A stretch of 64,000 bases of DNA, from positions 4,526,001 to 4,590,000 of the forward strand of contig CP075492.1 of assembly GCA_021613535.1 (NCBI GenBank), written 5' to 3'. The stretch's first letter is position 1; the number at the start of each line of letters is the position of its first letter. The position numbers and the translations under genes are program-made. The notes beneath the pieces are model-generated. The model was not told the DNA's origin, ran no database searches, and saw only the letters and a list, made by a program, of their open reading frames with translations. Source of the stretch: Adineta vaga. Its lineage: Eukaryota > Animalia > Rotifera. Below, piece by piece: positions 50,201-63,025 of the stretch.

Positions 50201-50566
50201 TCGTTTTGATCTTCTTTTCATTTACTTCAAGATCTATCATATCGACAGAAAAATCGAACAACAAATGATATATTTGATATGATATCAGAAAATGATGAAG
50301 ATATTAAATTTGATGAATGTGGAATATTAAAAGTTGTTACACAAACAAAAACTACAATTGTTGTCGTATGTTGATGAATAATTTTTGAGAGAAAGAGAGA
50401 GAGAAATAGTTTATTAAATATTTTTTAGTCAAATGATGATTATATTCATTTGTCAACACCTGAAACATCACCAACGTCAAATGAATATACCAGTAAGTTA
50501 ATTTTCTTCAAACATGAACATTTAGTTTGTTTTGTTTTAGAAACATTTATGGGATCAAAACGATGA
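47265..50566 (+). CDS. RGS12/14/loco-like unit B constant region: RGS domain + tandem Ras-binding domains
   Basis: Phase-0 acceptor at 47264. [14 protein letters not shown]...[14 protein letters not shown]; RBD-like FCRFIFPD...LFAKRGI and LLRIDFP...[12 protein letters not shown]; TGA at 50564-50566. No ATG in the first constant exon before the RGS domain. Confidence 0.85.
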
Positions 50567-51699
50567 TTGATCTTGTTGATTAATAATCATCGTCCGGTGT
50601 TAATTATTCGATGCAAATATATTCTCTTAGCATTGCAGTTCCTTAATCCAATAGAATTTATGGTGCTAGATTATGTACATGTGGTAGTATCATTGTCGTT
50701 GAGCATGTATGTCGATCATTCAAACAAATTTACCTTCTCTTTCTTTTGTTCTTCTATATGGTTCGTTGTCGTATCCATTTATGTGGTACAGAAAAAAACA
50801 AATACTTTCGTTTTTTTTCCTTTGTCTTCTATTCAATATGTATGTATGCGTGTGTATATGTCAAAATTCTTTTCCAAATTTGACATTTTTTGTCAGTGAG
50901 TATACGATGAAAAAATAATGAACAGTACGAAAACAAATATATCTATAAACAATGAGTGGATTTTATAATTGAAGATACAAGCGTAATGGAAAAAGGTCTA
51001 AGTTTTACTTATAATAAATCGAGTAATTGTTGACTGAAGAAAAAAAAACAATAATTCAAATCGAAATCGACAGTTGTTTATATAGTTCTTTTTTAAGTCG
51101 AATATGATACTCTCTTGTATTCATAGATTCGGAAAGAAACTGACACTTGTCACAGTAACTAATCATATATATTCTTTTTTAATACTATCGATGCTCTATA
51201 AAAATCACTTATATTATCCTTCGGTGTAATGTCTTCGATCAAGTAAACAACAAATAAGTGTAAAATTTGTTCTGTCTATATAAAAAAACAAACAATTGAT
51301 ACAATATTTTATTCTATACAGATTTCATGTTATTTTTATCATAGAATCGCACTGAGAACGTTGAAGCATGATCCTTTTATATTCTTCAATATGTTATAAA
51401 TAGAAATAATCAATCAATAGTGATGTATGAATTGTCGATTCGGTTGCTAGAAAACTAAGTCGATATAATTCGTCTTCTTTTGTATTCTGAATGTGCTGTA
51501 GAAGAAGAAGAAGAAGAAGTTATTAAGGATTCTTTTGTATCAAAATTGATAAAACAATCGGAAATGTGAGAAAGTCACGTATTCTATTCAAGTGCTTCGT
51601 TTAATTAAAAATACTTTTTTTTCTACATATTCGTCTAATATTTCACTGTTCATAAATGAATCAAACATCTACAGATGGATATGTATCTATTGATCTTTC

Positions 51700-51818
51700 G
51701 CTTACGGCCATACCACGTTGAATACACCAGTTCTCGTCCGATCACTGAAGTTAAGCAACGTCGGGCTCGGTTAGTACTTGGATGGGTGACCGCCTGGGAA
51801 TACCGAGTGTCGTAAGCT
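51700..51818 (+). rRNA. 5S rRNA: 5S rRNA gene, copy 1
   Basis: 119 nt GCTTACGGCCATACC...GAAGTTAAGC (box A)...TGGATGGGTGACCGCC (box C)...GTAAGCT, followed by an oligo-T pol III terminator. Confidence 0.97.
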
Positions 51819-52376
51819 TTTTATTTTTATTTCTAAGAAATAAATCAGAAATGATCAACTTTTGAATGAATGTAGTTTGCAATTCAATAGTGAGAACATA
51901 TACCATAGTCGTAGATATTCAACACATAGGATATCTTATACATGAATTCAAGTTTTTTCTGAATGAATTCGCCTGAAGGTTAGACCAAGCGACAAAACTT
52001 TCAGAATCGACAGAACTTGTCGAGCTCTATCGAATAAACACCTTTAGACGATATCATTAGATTTTCGACTATCGCAAAAAACAATGTGAACACCGGATTT
52101 ACAGAGGACATTTTTTTTATCAAAATCATGTTTCAGCTCCCAGTTGTAAATGTATCGAAATAAGCCACTGATGTTCGGCTTCTTTGACGGATTTTAATGT
52201 TAAGGTACGGCTACATTCGTGTTTTTTATTTGAATGACATCAAACATTGACTCATCACTATCAGGTCATAACGATAGCTCAAAGTCATCTTTTGATTTGA
52301 TGAGAATGATTATATGATAGACTTATTGTAAAATATTTTATGGTAAGAATAAAAAGGAAATGAAGATGAACTGTTA

Positions 52377-52627
52377 CCCAGGGGATGACTCCTAAAGCAG
52401 TATTCCATGATTTTCCGGCTGAACTCCTCAGAAAACGCACCGGTTTCGGTCGGAACTCGCAGGAAATAGACAAAGGAATCATCTTATCGCATCCGACTGC
52501 CAGTTTTTCCAGGATTCTGTCAGTTCGGATTGAAACCAGATGGATCCTGATACAGGATTACTGCTTCCATGAAAACTTCGGATTTCTCCGGAATCGACCG
52601 TTTCCACACCGGATTGTCCGACCAGGG
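52377..52627. mobile_element. GC-rich MITE-like element (~250 bp)
   Basis: TA|CCCAGG...CCAGGG|TA termini; CCGG/GGA-rich interior that contrasts with the AT-rich flanks. Confidence 0.55.
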
Positions 52628-52747
52628 TATTGCACAAATTTATTTGCTTATGATGAATAAAAAATAGAAAATTTTCTTGGACCGATTTATTGATTATAAT
52701 TTATCGAGAATGTCTTTTTAATTCAATAAAAAAAAAGCCTTACATGT

Positions 52748-53131
52748 TTATGTCATAAGCTTTGCCACAATCACTGGTAAATGAATTTCGAAGCAAGACA
52801 CGATTTGTTCTATTGAATCGAATGAAACTTCAGATTTTTTATCTGATTCATCCTCAGATTCAGACATTTCAACGACACATGACGATAGTGAATCGATATT
52901 TTCTAAATAATTTGAACAAGCTGTTTTATTTTTATCAATTTGTGATTGCATCAAATCAATGATAGCATTATACTCATAACGATTCACAATACAAAGATAT
53001 TCAAAAGGATCATGAACCATTCTTAATTATAATTCCGACTTTTTAAGATAAGAGTTTGTTTCATCGAATAATTGTTTCACACCATCTTTATCAAAGTCTG
53101 TATTTATAAATTTAAGTATCACTTTTTCTAT
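52748..53131 (-). pseudogene. Coding-like fragment of unknown family with an in-frame TAA
   Basis: The frame upstream of the listed ORF stays protein-like (IEKVILKFINTDFDKDGVKQLFDETNSYLKKSEL*LRMVHDPF...); TAA at 53029-53027. Confidence 0.35.
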
Positions 53132-54440
53132 GGACAAAAGCAAATCGAGTGGGGATTATTCGAGGCTCGTTGATATTCTATTAAAAATCGATCGAAATAG
53201 ATACACCTGGTACATAAAACGACGTGTAACTTATCCCTTACTATTTAAGTCACTACTATGGCGTTTGATTTTTTATTTTCTTCTATTCATATAATCTTTG
53301 AATATTACATGTGAAATGTACATAATCAGACTCTGAGGGCGTAAAGGTTTATAGAGCGTATTATTATACATTATGTTTTGTTCAGTTAGATGAAATAATA
53401 TATTGGTAACGAATACGTGAATGTGAAACATATATGGACAAGAGCTTTAATGACAACGAACTCTTGTTATTGCCAATTTATGGATAACACAGAGCAGAAC
53501 AGAATAATGATCCACTTTTGTGCAAATCTATTGAATTTCGTATTTAGGATTATCAACATTCGATCCTGATCATGTTAGAATAGAGGTATACGAACGATGG
53601 CTATACACAGCGAAAAACCGGATATATTAAAAGAATAAATGCTTATTATAACTAATTCGAATTTAAAAAACGAAAAAGTAAAACCGAAATATTTATGTCA
53701 ATGAAACAGATATCTTATCGCGAATGCCATAAATGAAGAAAAATAAGAAGTAATTTAATCTTAGTAAAAGCGTTCCTTTGATATGCAGTATACTTAAGCC
53801 AATAATAAACAGCAAAGTAACAATGAAATCATTATTCTGCTCCAGTTTTTTCTCAAAAAATTTCAGCAAAATCGTCCGAATGCATAGATTTGTTTTCACA
53901 ACTAATGAAACAACGAATAAATTAAACAATGGGAAAGCTAAATATTGAAGAGTTTGAACAACAAGTGTAACATTTAGTGTTGTTCAATATGCCTATCAAC
54001 ATTTAAATAATAGTCTTCGTTAGAGTTCGTTTTGTTGTAATGATGATCGAACTTTTCTTTGAAACTTTTGCATGGTTTTGAAGTAAGCAGACTGAAGATT
54101 GGATGAATATATGACTACTCATTGCAGTTATTTTTATATGATTTTGGCATTTGTAAAACTTTCCATGAAAAATTAACAAATCAGAAAAATCTGAAGTACA
54201 TTTTATAATCTTTTGACTTTCTCTTTCTGTTATATGCATCATTCACAATTTCTTTTAGGGAGCCTTCAAACAAAACATTTACACCCATCTTTTCAGAAAT
54301 AGATTGTCAGATACTTCTATATGTAACGATTAAGAGATGAACCGGAAGAACTATTTGCTGTTGAAACAACACAAACAATCGCTATTACAAACCTAATTCA
54401 AAGAGAAAAAAATATCTGAAGAATTTATCAGTCTATTTTG

Positions 54441-55045
54441 TATAATACCCTTTTCTGAAAGAAAGGGTTATAAGCTCCGTAAATAGGGTCGTTAAAATGG
54501 TTAAAGTTTTTTTTTGTCCAAGCCAATCAGGTGAAGCGGCCTATAAATCGATGAAAACTTACCCTTGGTCGTCAGACAACGATTTATCATATTTAATCGA
54601 GGTCGAGGAATGCGTATCTAGGCTTCCTTTCCGAAAAATATTTTTCTATTAATTATAATTAACTAATTATTATTTCTTATTTGTCTAATTCAATCAGATT
54701 ACAACAATATAAAAATTCATGAAAACTTTCTGATGCTTATCAGAAAATGATTTACCCAAAGGTAATCGAAGTCGAGGATTTCAAATCTGATGTTAGTTTT
54801 TCATAATTCTAATTTATGATTATAATTATTGTGAAACTGAAAATAACCTGTTATTAAGCATATAAGAAAAACTTCTGGCTATGAATTCTTTAATAAAGCT
54901 ACGGGGGTTCAACGAAGAAATGTTTTTTCAGTAGAAGTTCCAGCGACATTTGTTATGATGCTTCTCATTCAAAGTATTTGAGTATCTTGAGTCTAATTAC
55001 AATTCTTTCACAAAACGATAAGCGAATCCCAAGGATGAGCGCTAT
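54441..55045 (+). mobile_element. Helentron-associated (HINE/DINE-1-like) non-autonomous element
   Basis: 5' hairpin ataccctttt...gaaagggttata. The 3' motif aattctttcacaaa...agcgaatcc..ggatgagcg recurs at 61789-61829. Confidence 0.45.
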
Positions 55046-56992
55046 TTATATGAAAAAACATAAAAGTAAATTTCCTATATATCCGCACACTCTGTCAAGT
55101 ATTAGAAAAGGAACTGACAATCACACTTATCTAAACTAGTCAGTTAACATGTAACTCGTCAACGTTGGAGTTTACAAATTACATTATTTATTTGAAACAA
55201 AACTTTTTTTCGAATATTCCTACTTTTTTTCCGTCGTTACATCAAATAGGTTTTTAATTTCTTTTAATCTATTTTGAAAGTTAAATAAAAAACAAAGTAA
55301 TACTGATGCTACAAAAAAGATCATCAATAACGACTTCAAAAAAAATTCTGATTTTTCCAAATTATCATATTTTTTTATTGAATTCAAAAGATTCCGTTGC
55401 TAATCTAAATTAAAGAATCTCTTATATTTTGTAGTTTCGATCTTTCTTTTACAAGGCTCAAACTAATATAAGTTATTATTTATTATTTATTTTTGCAAGA
55501 TAATTCTTCGGCAAATCTAAATAATATATATACATTATTAACAAAGTACAAAATTATTTTTGCATATTTACGAACTTATTTTCTTATTTTAATATATATT
55601 ATCACAGTTTATAGTCTAAGTAACTATTATGAACACACTTTAATATTATATAAATTGTTGGAAAATAAAAAACATTTTTTTTGTTAATGAGTAAGTCATT
55701 TTCTTCTAGAATATTTTTATACTTCCCATTTCTTAGAGATCATATTAAATAATAGGATAAAGAGAAAAAAAACTGAGTGTAGGCAGTATGATCCTTTTAA
55801 AGAGAAGAGGAAAATTATAATTATATTCTCTTTCTTGCAGAGAAGAGTTTTGTAAACATAAATTATTTACTTCTCTGTTTTCACTTCAAAAGTAAAATCG
55901 ATTCTTTCATAAAAAGTTTGATGAAAGAAAGATAATTGAGATCGAGAATCACAAATCTGATGTTAGTTTTTGAGAATTGTATCAATGAAAAGATATATAG
56001 AGTAGGATTTCTACCAGAAAAAGCTAAGCTAGTCTCTGGATGAAGGTTGGTTGTACTAAAATATGTTACATAATTCCTATACATAAGAAATAATTATAGA
56101 ATACACGATATTCTGTTAATAAAAATACTTTATTCATTAACATTTTATTTGAATCTGATCTTTTGTCAGTTTTTTTCGTATTTAAAATACATGAAGGTGA
56201 ATATTGACAATCTTCTTTTTCAAATAAAATGTCAACGTTAAATACAACAACAATATTATCTAACATACAAAATGAAATAAATTCTTTTCTCATTATTTCC
56301 TTGCACGTTATTTTCATCTATTTGTTCTGTTATTTGGTGTTATTTGTAATTTGAGGATGTAGACGTGGGTGTGCACGGTGAAAAACGCAGATCCTGGATC
56401 CCCATAGATCCTAGCATCTAAAAAAGGCTGATTCTCGTGGATCTTGAAAGATACTCATGGGTTCTCATCGATCATCATAAACTGTAGGATCTCAGGAACT
56501 TTGAGGATCCAGGATCCTCCTTTTCCCCTTGTGTGGATGTATGTGTGTGGGTCTCCTCTGTCAAGGAACACTTACATCCACACCTTATTCCCTCAACTGA
56601 AAGGAAGGTCATATAAAAAAAAGTTTCTGTGTGCTTTTGTGTCAGTGTCAAAGATCAAATAGCTATTTGCTTGGAGACTGTCTTAAACTTTGGAAACCGA
56701 GAGTAGGGTAAGGGTAGGATGATAGGTGTAGTGAATGTAAAGTATCAAGGGTCAAAAGTTAAAGGCTGCACAACATAAAAATATTGCCATTCCCTTCAGT
56801 ACGAGCTCGATACCCGCTTTCGATAGATATGATATGATAGTACAATCTGTCGGTCGTTACCTATTCAAAACATCATTGAAATTTTAGTAATATTAAAATA
56901 GAAACTATTGATCATTCTAGAGATGATAATTCAATAAATGAATACATAGATAGAATAGAATCGAACCCGTAGCAGATTTGAGTAAAATAAAA

Positions 56993-57030
56993 TACAGTAA
57001 AACCTGTCTAATTTGAACACCACTGGAATC
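56993..57030 (+). mobile_element. Solo pogo/Tc1-like TIR remnant
   Basis: TA|CAGTAAAACCTGTCTAA terminus; no partner TIR found. Confidence 0.35.
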
Positions 57031-57718
57031 AATGAAAAACGTAGGAGAATGAGCAAATCATATAAAACATCTTAAAGATACGATCGCATAGACATACAGC
57101 AGTCTCAGTTAACTCGGCGAAAGTCAGACTCGAAGTTAGTTTCTACTTTCCTGTGTTCTCTTTTGCTTTTGAGAATATTTGATACACCAACAATTATTCA
57201 TACATAAAACTTATCTCGCAGATCACAATAAGATGAACCAGCTTTATTTTCTTCAATTCGATAAATTTTCTTGTTAAGATCTTTAGGGATAGACGTATTT
57301 GAAATAAAAATTGAATTACGTCGAACTAATATAATGAAATTAGTTTGTGAGAGTGTGCAGCGCAGGCGTGAAAAGAAGAAACTATCGACACCTACCCTCA
57401 AAGATTTCCTTTTCTGATTGAACTTTTGTTGAATATCACGTGCAAAAATATCCTTTCTTAAAATGAACTACGTATCTTGAGAGTAAACTGACACTCATAA
57501 TCATACACAGCAGACGAAACTCCATACTCAACACATAAATTTACGCCATCTTTCTGCATAAACTAACTATTCGCTTTAGTTGAAATCGTCAGATTTCATT
57601 ATCTTCTTCAAATAACAAAAATACAATACTATCAGTAAAGCGAATTTCTTTTCATAACAAACAAACTATATTTAACAGCTAGTATTCCCAACAAACTTTT
57701 GTGGACTTCGAAGCGAAT

Positions 57719-58775
57719 ATGTACACATTTTCAACATTACCGATCGAACTTGTCTATCGGATTTTGGATCATTTAACTGATTTTACACTATTTTGTTCAA
57801 TGCAAAATGTTTCACAACGTTTTAATCAAATTCTTAACGTTTATCATCGCTATCAAGTAAGTCTCCTAAGTGCTTTCACTATTTTCTCATCTGTTCAAGT
57901 ACACATGACCCTCGTAATATCTAATTTTATAAGTTTACTCAAAAAAAAACATAAATTTCACAACTCAGAAGCAATTTTCTCGAGTGAATCAACCACAACA
58001 TTGACTCCTATTATTCAAAACAACCCTTCCCTTCATCTGTTCTTTTCTATCTATGCCCATAGAATCTATATCTTATTAAATCTGCACCCATGTGTCGCAA
58101 AAAAACCGCAGAATTATAAAACACTTTTCCATTTTCAAACAATTGTTTCTATTGCAACTCCTGAAAATGCCACAACTATCTTTGAAATCCAACAAACAAA
58201 TTAAAGTGACCTGTTTTATATTGTGCCACCACTCAATACGATCTCGTAAATCAACTGTAAAAACCACAATCGAAAAACCATTCAAAATAATCCAGTATCA
58301 TTACCTTGAGTACAGTGGTCATCCTACTCAACCGACTATTCATGCATTAACTCAGTATCAATCCGTCCAGTAACGATTTTTCTTCTCACCTGAAGAACCT
58401 AAAATAAGCCCTTTCTGAACTCTTTTCACACACCCCAATCAAAACTCCAACCTGTATCATGCTACATATAATTGAAAAACCTTACTCTAAAGTTCTGATT
58501 GCCTTACCCACACTTCCGAAATGAATATTCTATACATAGACACTCACCACACTACATCTCGCGTACAATGAAATCGGGGAACAAGGAGCACAACATGTTT
58601 GTGATGCCTTGCGAACAAACACGGTAAGATTGATTTGTTCTTCACCCAATTGACACACTCACATCCTCTCTCTGGCTTGTAGACACTCACCACAATAGAT
58701 CTCCGAAGCAGTCGAGTCGGCGAACAAGGAGTAAAATATCTTCGAAATGTTTTAGGAAACAGGTTGAAGTTGTAG
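57719..58775 (+). CDS. Small F-box + two RNI-like LRR protein (104 aa)
   Basis: Exons 57719-57856 (TLPIELVYRILDHL), 58540-58623 (84-nt LRR exon TLTTLHLAYNEIGEQGAQHVCDALRTNT) and 58683-58775; phase-0 introns. Confidence 0.8.
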
Positions 58776-61700
58776 TTAGGCTCGATGGACATTGTTTGGT
58801 GGTGCTTTTTTTGTGACGAATTTGTCTAGAAGAAACTGATGGGGAAAAGAATGAATACACAGTGTGCTTAAAAGTCGTGTTATTCGTATGATAGCGTGTT
58901 TTCTTTTAAACTCATGTTTTCCGACTGTGAGAGTTGGAGATGTCATCTACGTTATTGATTTGTGTATGTCTGAGAAAAGCGAACGCCCGTGTTTAAAATG
59001 CACTATAATTTATCAGTTATGCGAGAAGTTCGATGGGTATCACGTCATATCTTCTTAAAGTGTCTTCTCTTAAGAAAATGTCTTATCAAAAATTTTGAAC
59101 AATGCAAAGGGTATGATGTAGAAGGACAACCGTCGGCGCATCTTAAAAGACTTTTAATGAGTCTGCTGCACTGATTACCGTCGCTGATCTTTTGGAAACT
59201 ATTGGAAAATTATTTGTTAAACATTATGTTGTGATTGAAAACCTAGCACAATATAATTTCGAACTTTATTTTGAATATTTCTCGTAACAGAGTTGGTCTT
59301 AATGTCTGAGTGCATCGCAAATCTTTACTGCATTTGGAACGCTAGAGAGTTGGGGTTGACGTCAAGATAAAGTGAATGACGAGTTTTACCACTTTATTTA
59401 GTTGTTTCTTGGATTTGACGTTTGATGTCTAAAGATAGAAAGAGTTTTTGTATTCGTACATGTTTTAACATAAAATTGAAACTTTTAGAGAAAAGTGTGC
59501 ATCTCAGTCTCGACTAACAAATACGTAGAGACACAATGTAGCATATAAGTCGCGTCAGGATGCAGTTTTCGATATATTCGAGTTTGAATGAAATGCGACG
59601 AAATGCATTTGTAAACACAAAGAGTGTTTCATGTTTATACGATGATCCGTACTTATGTTCCATTCCTATTCTCTCATTGACATTAGAGAATTACAAGAGT
59701 AGCAATGATTTGCAAGTGGTGAAGCCATATCATCTCGAGTTCACACATATTATTTCTTGAATATATTCATCATCGATGTCGATGAAATCGACTATAGTAG
59801 ATCTATTGAAGTTTTTCATGCTGTGCATTGAAATAACGACATATGATACTGAACATTTAGTTTTGAAATGTACATCCATAATAGTTTCTTTGTCTAATAT
59901 GACGATTTTGTTTATTTGAGAAATCCATGTTAACTTCCTTTCTAAATTTGTCGATTGTGATGAACATTCTTCTAAAATATACGATCGATGCATACATCAT
60001 GACATTTGTTTCATTGAACTAATGACATAATGAGGAAGTATATAATTGTCATATTTACAGTGAATAGAAATTTTCTTTCATATACTATTGGTATTTTAAC
60101 AAAGATAGGATTATATGTGACATGAATTAACAAATAATATTTAACATTAGTCGAAGAGAGATGGCAAAATTAATGATAAACTTTGTCTGATTTGATTTGA
60201 CCAATTTTGATTGCAATGATCTAAATATATTTGTAAAAAATATCGAATTCATATAATAGTCACCTATAAGCTTTGAACAGTTTCGCAGCATTTATACAAT
60301 GAGAATTCAAATGAGTGTTAGATTATAACCAAGATAAAAATGAAGACATTTTCAAGCGTCATTCGAAAGGACGATCTTGTAAGTTTTAAAATAATCGATT
60401 GTAAAAGAATAGTATGCATTGTCATACTTAGATAAATAACTATCGAATCGATACAAAAAATTCAATGAATTCTTTTTCTTCATTTTTTAATACTTGATGT
60501 TTTCAGATAAAAACTTTCTCTTCTATCAGAAAAGATATATATTTTGACCAAAATTATAGAGTATATGATTGTTCGTTCTTTTTTCAATGTTTTAGATTCT
60601 AATGAAAACAGATAATAATGTTGATGTCTTGTGTAGAAGAAGTTTTTCTTTTCTATTTTCATAGCAGAAGAGATAAAAACTTCCATATTTAGACTTACAA
60701 AATGAGAGCAAAATTAAAAACGAACGTTTCGTAAATCTCATCTATATTTCCACTAATTTTTTCTTATTCATAGACATAAGCAGTAATTTATTAAAGTAAC
60801 TCTATCTTCATTTGATTATCATAAATGTTCTAATGCTTTGTTGATTATTGTCTTTTAAACGTAATATCTGTTTAAGGCATCATGTGATATATCTTTCTCA
60901 TTATCGTCTTTCGATAGATTCCTATTATTTTATTCTTCTATACAATAATGTTGTCTATTCATTTAGGTAAATTCATAGGTTTACAATAGAAGACCTACTG
61001 GAAGATTTGACTGTTTTTTTTAGAAATCTATTTCATCTTTAGTAGATGTCATATTTTACATTAACATTACGAGAAACTATGTTTTATTTCAGATTTTCTC
61101 AACATTAAAAATCTGTTGTGGAACACTTTCATACTATTTCTCTTTTACACAATTTGAGACCAATTGCCTCTACTTTCCGAAATATACACAATCCATTATG
61201 GCTTTCTCATATAGTTCAGTCGAATAACTAATCATCGATGATTCATCATTGGTTTGTCTATTATCATATGTTCCATGATTTCGTTATTTATCAGTAAATT
61301 TATTACGTCGATATGGTCCTACATAACCAAATTTATGTGACATGATGTTGGTTAACTTGACATATGCATCTTTCAAATTCAAATCTGAAGCAGTAGATAT
61401 TTTTGAACAATTTTTTTCCTTCTATTGAAGTTTTATTTATAACATCAGATATTAGATGTACGAAAGCCAGTAGATGGAAACAATTAATATCATCATATTC
61501 ATCAAATTTACGTCTTTTTGATGTTCGACTGGTACCGATCAGTCCACAGAAAGATAATATCTAAATAGAAGATTTTGTTCAGTTTTCGATGCTGTATCTT
61601 TTAATATATTAAACGGATAATTTCAGAAAGCTCTTGGTGTCTAAATAAACCTCGATTTATAGGCATATTTTTCGACAAAATCTCAAAATAGTTTCTGGAG

Positions 61701-61920
61701 TGCTTGTCAGTAGAATTGATGTATTTTGACGAGTGTTTCTTCTATTTAAGAGAGTTTTAAAAAAAATATAGATGCTAATCACCATTAAAATTCTTTCACA
61801 AAGGGTTCAGCGAATCCTACGGATGAGCGTAACTTGTTATAATATGCAGGCGAGTATATCATTATTTAAAATTTCGTCAAACAATGCTATTCTGATCATA
61901 GATAAGCGATAAGTCTCCGA

Positions 61921-62493
61921 TTATTTTGTACTATAATCCAAGTAGCAATTACCTGAAGTTCGTTCGTGAAGTGGTATTGTGTAATATTCATTTATGTCAT
62001 TTGAATCACTTTCACCTACACATATCACTTCTGGTGTATACAAATTACCGTTAGTTCGACCGGTATGTAAATTATAAACCAATAAAATCACATAGACTAT
62101 ACAAATATCAATGATATGACTATAAAATATTTCCAAGAAGTAGTTAAATCAGCAAAAACAATGGCAACTAGTGTAAGAAATATTGCTACCATTGGTTTGT
62201 GGTAGAAGATCACCATCACGTATAGTTCTCTTCGAACTTTGGCCATTTTTAATAAAGATATCACATTGTTGTACGGCGTGATTGTATCTTGATGAATAAT
62301 TGTCATTTACATTTGCTTGGATGGTCGCTATTATTGCATTACCTATTGCCACAACATCAGCTCTATTATATCTATTAATGCCAACATACATATATTTTGT
62401 ACGTTTTTGATTTGATGGCATGACGCTACTGTTGTGATCAAGTCTTGGAAGAAGACCATTGTTTATGGAATAGTAACGACTGGCTTTTCCCAA
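61921..62493 (-). other. Possible coding remnant of unknown family
   Basis: ORFs 62149-62493 and 61921-62136 are in the same frame, separated by one TGA. No recognisable motif. Confidence 0.25.
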
Positions 62494-62764
62494 TCAGTGT
62501 TTGTTTCGAACAGATAAGATGATACAGATATGAAAAATAAAACATCTTCTATAAAAAGTGTTGGTCTAACCTTCTGGCGAATCCTAGTCTAAGATATTCT
62601 AAGTATTTTCAACTGCGTCAGTAGTAATGAATATTCATTAGATACGTATATCACATGATATTACTAATCGATTCTTTTTACTTAATAACTATGCAGAAGC
62701 GATAGTTGAACAATGATATACAGCTTGAACATTATCAAAACTAATCAATAGCAGTCGATCGTAC

Positions 62765-62883
62765 GCTTACGGCCATACCACGTTGAATACACCAGTTCTC
62801 GTCCGATCACTGAAGTTAAGCAACGTCGGGCTCGGTTAGTACTTGGATGGGTGACCGCCTGGGAATACCGAGTGTCGTAAGCT
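62765..62883 (+). rRNA. 5S rRNA: 5S rRNA gene, copy 2
   Basis: Identical to 51700-51818 by eye; followed by an oligo-T terminator. Confidence 0.97.
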
Positions 62884-63025
62884 TTTTTGTTTTGTATTTT
62901 TTATTAAACTGATTTATAAGATCAAAGACTACTATGTTTATATTTATCATCAAATTTGATTTAATTGGTTCACATTTCTGCTTCTACTTCGAAGAAATAC
63001 AAAAAGAGAGAGAAGCGAAAGAGAT

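Noticed and set aside
56365-56530. GGATCC/GATCC-rich cluster as a CRISPR-like or structured array
   Set aside because: No regular repeat-spacer period; more likely a degenerate interspersed repeat, and the context is eukaryotic.
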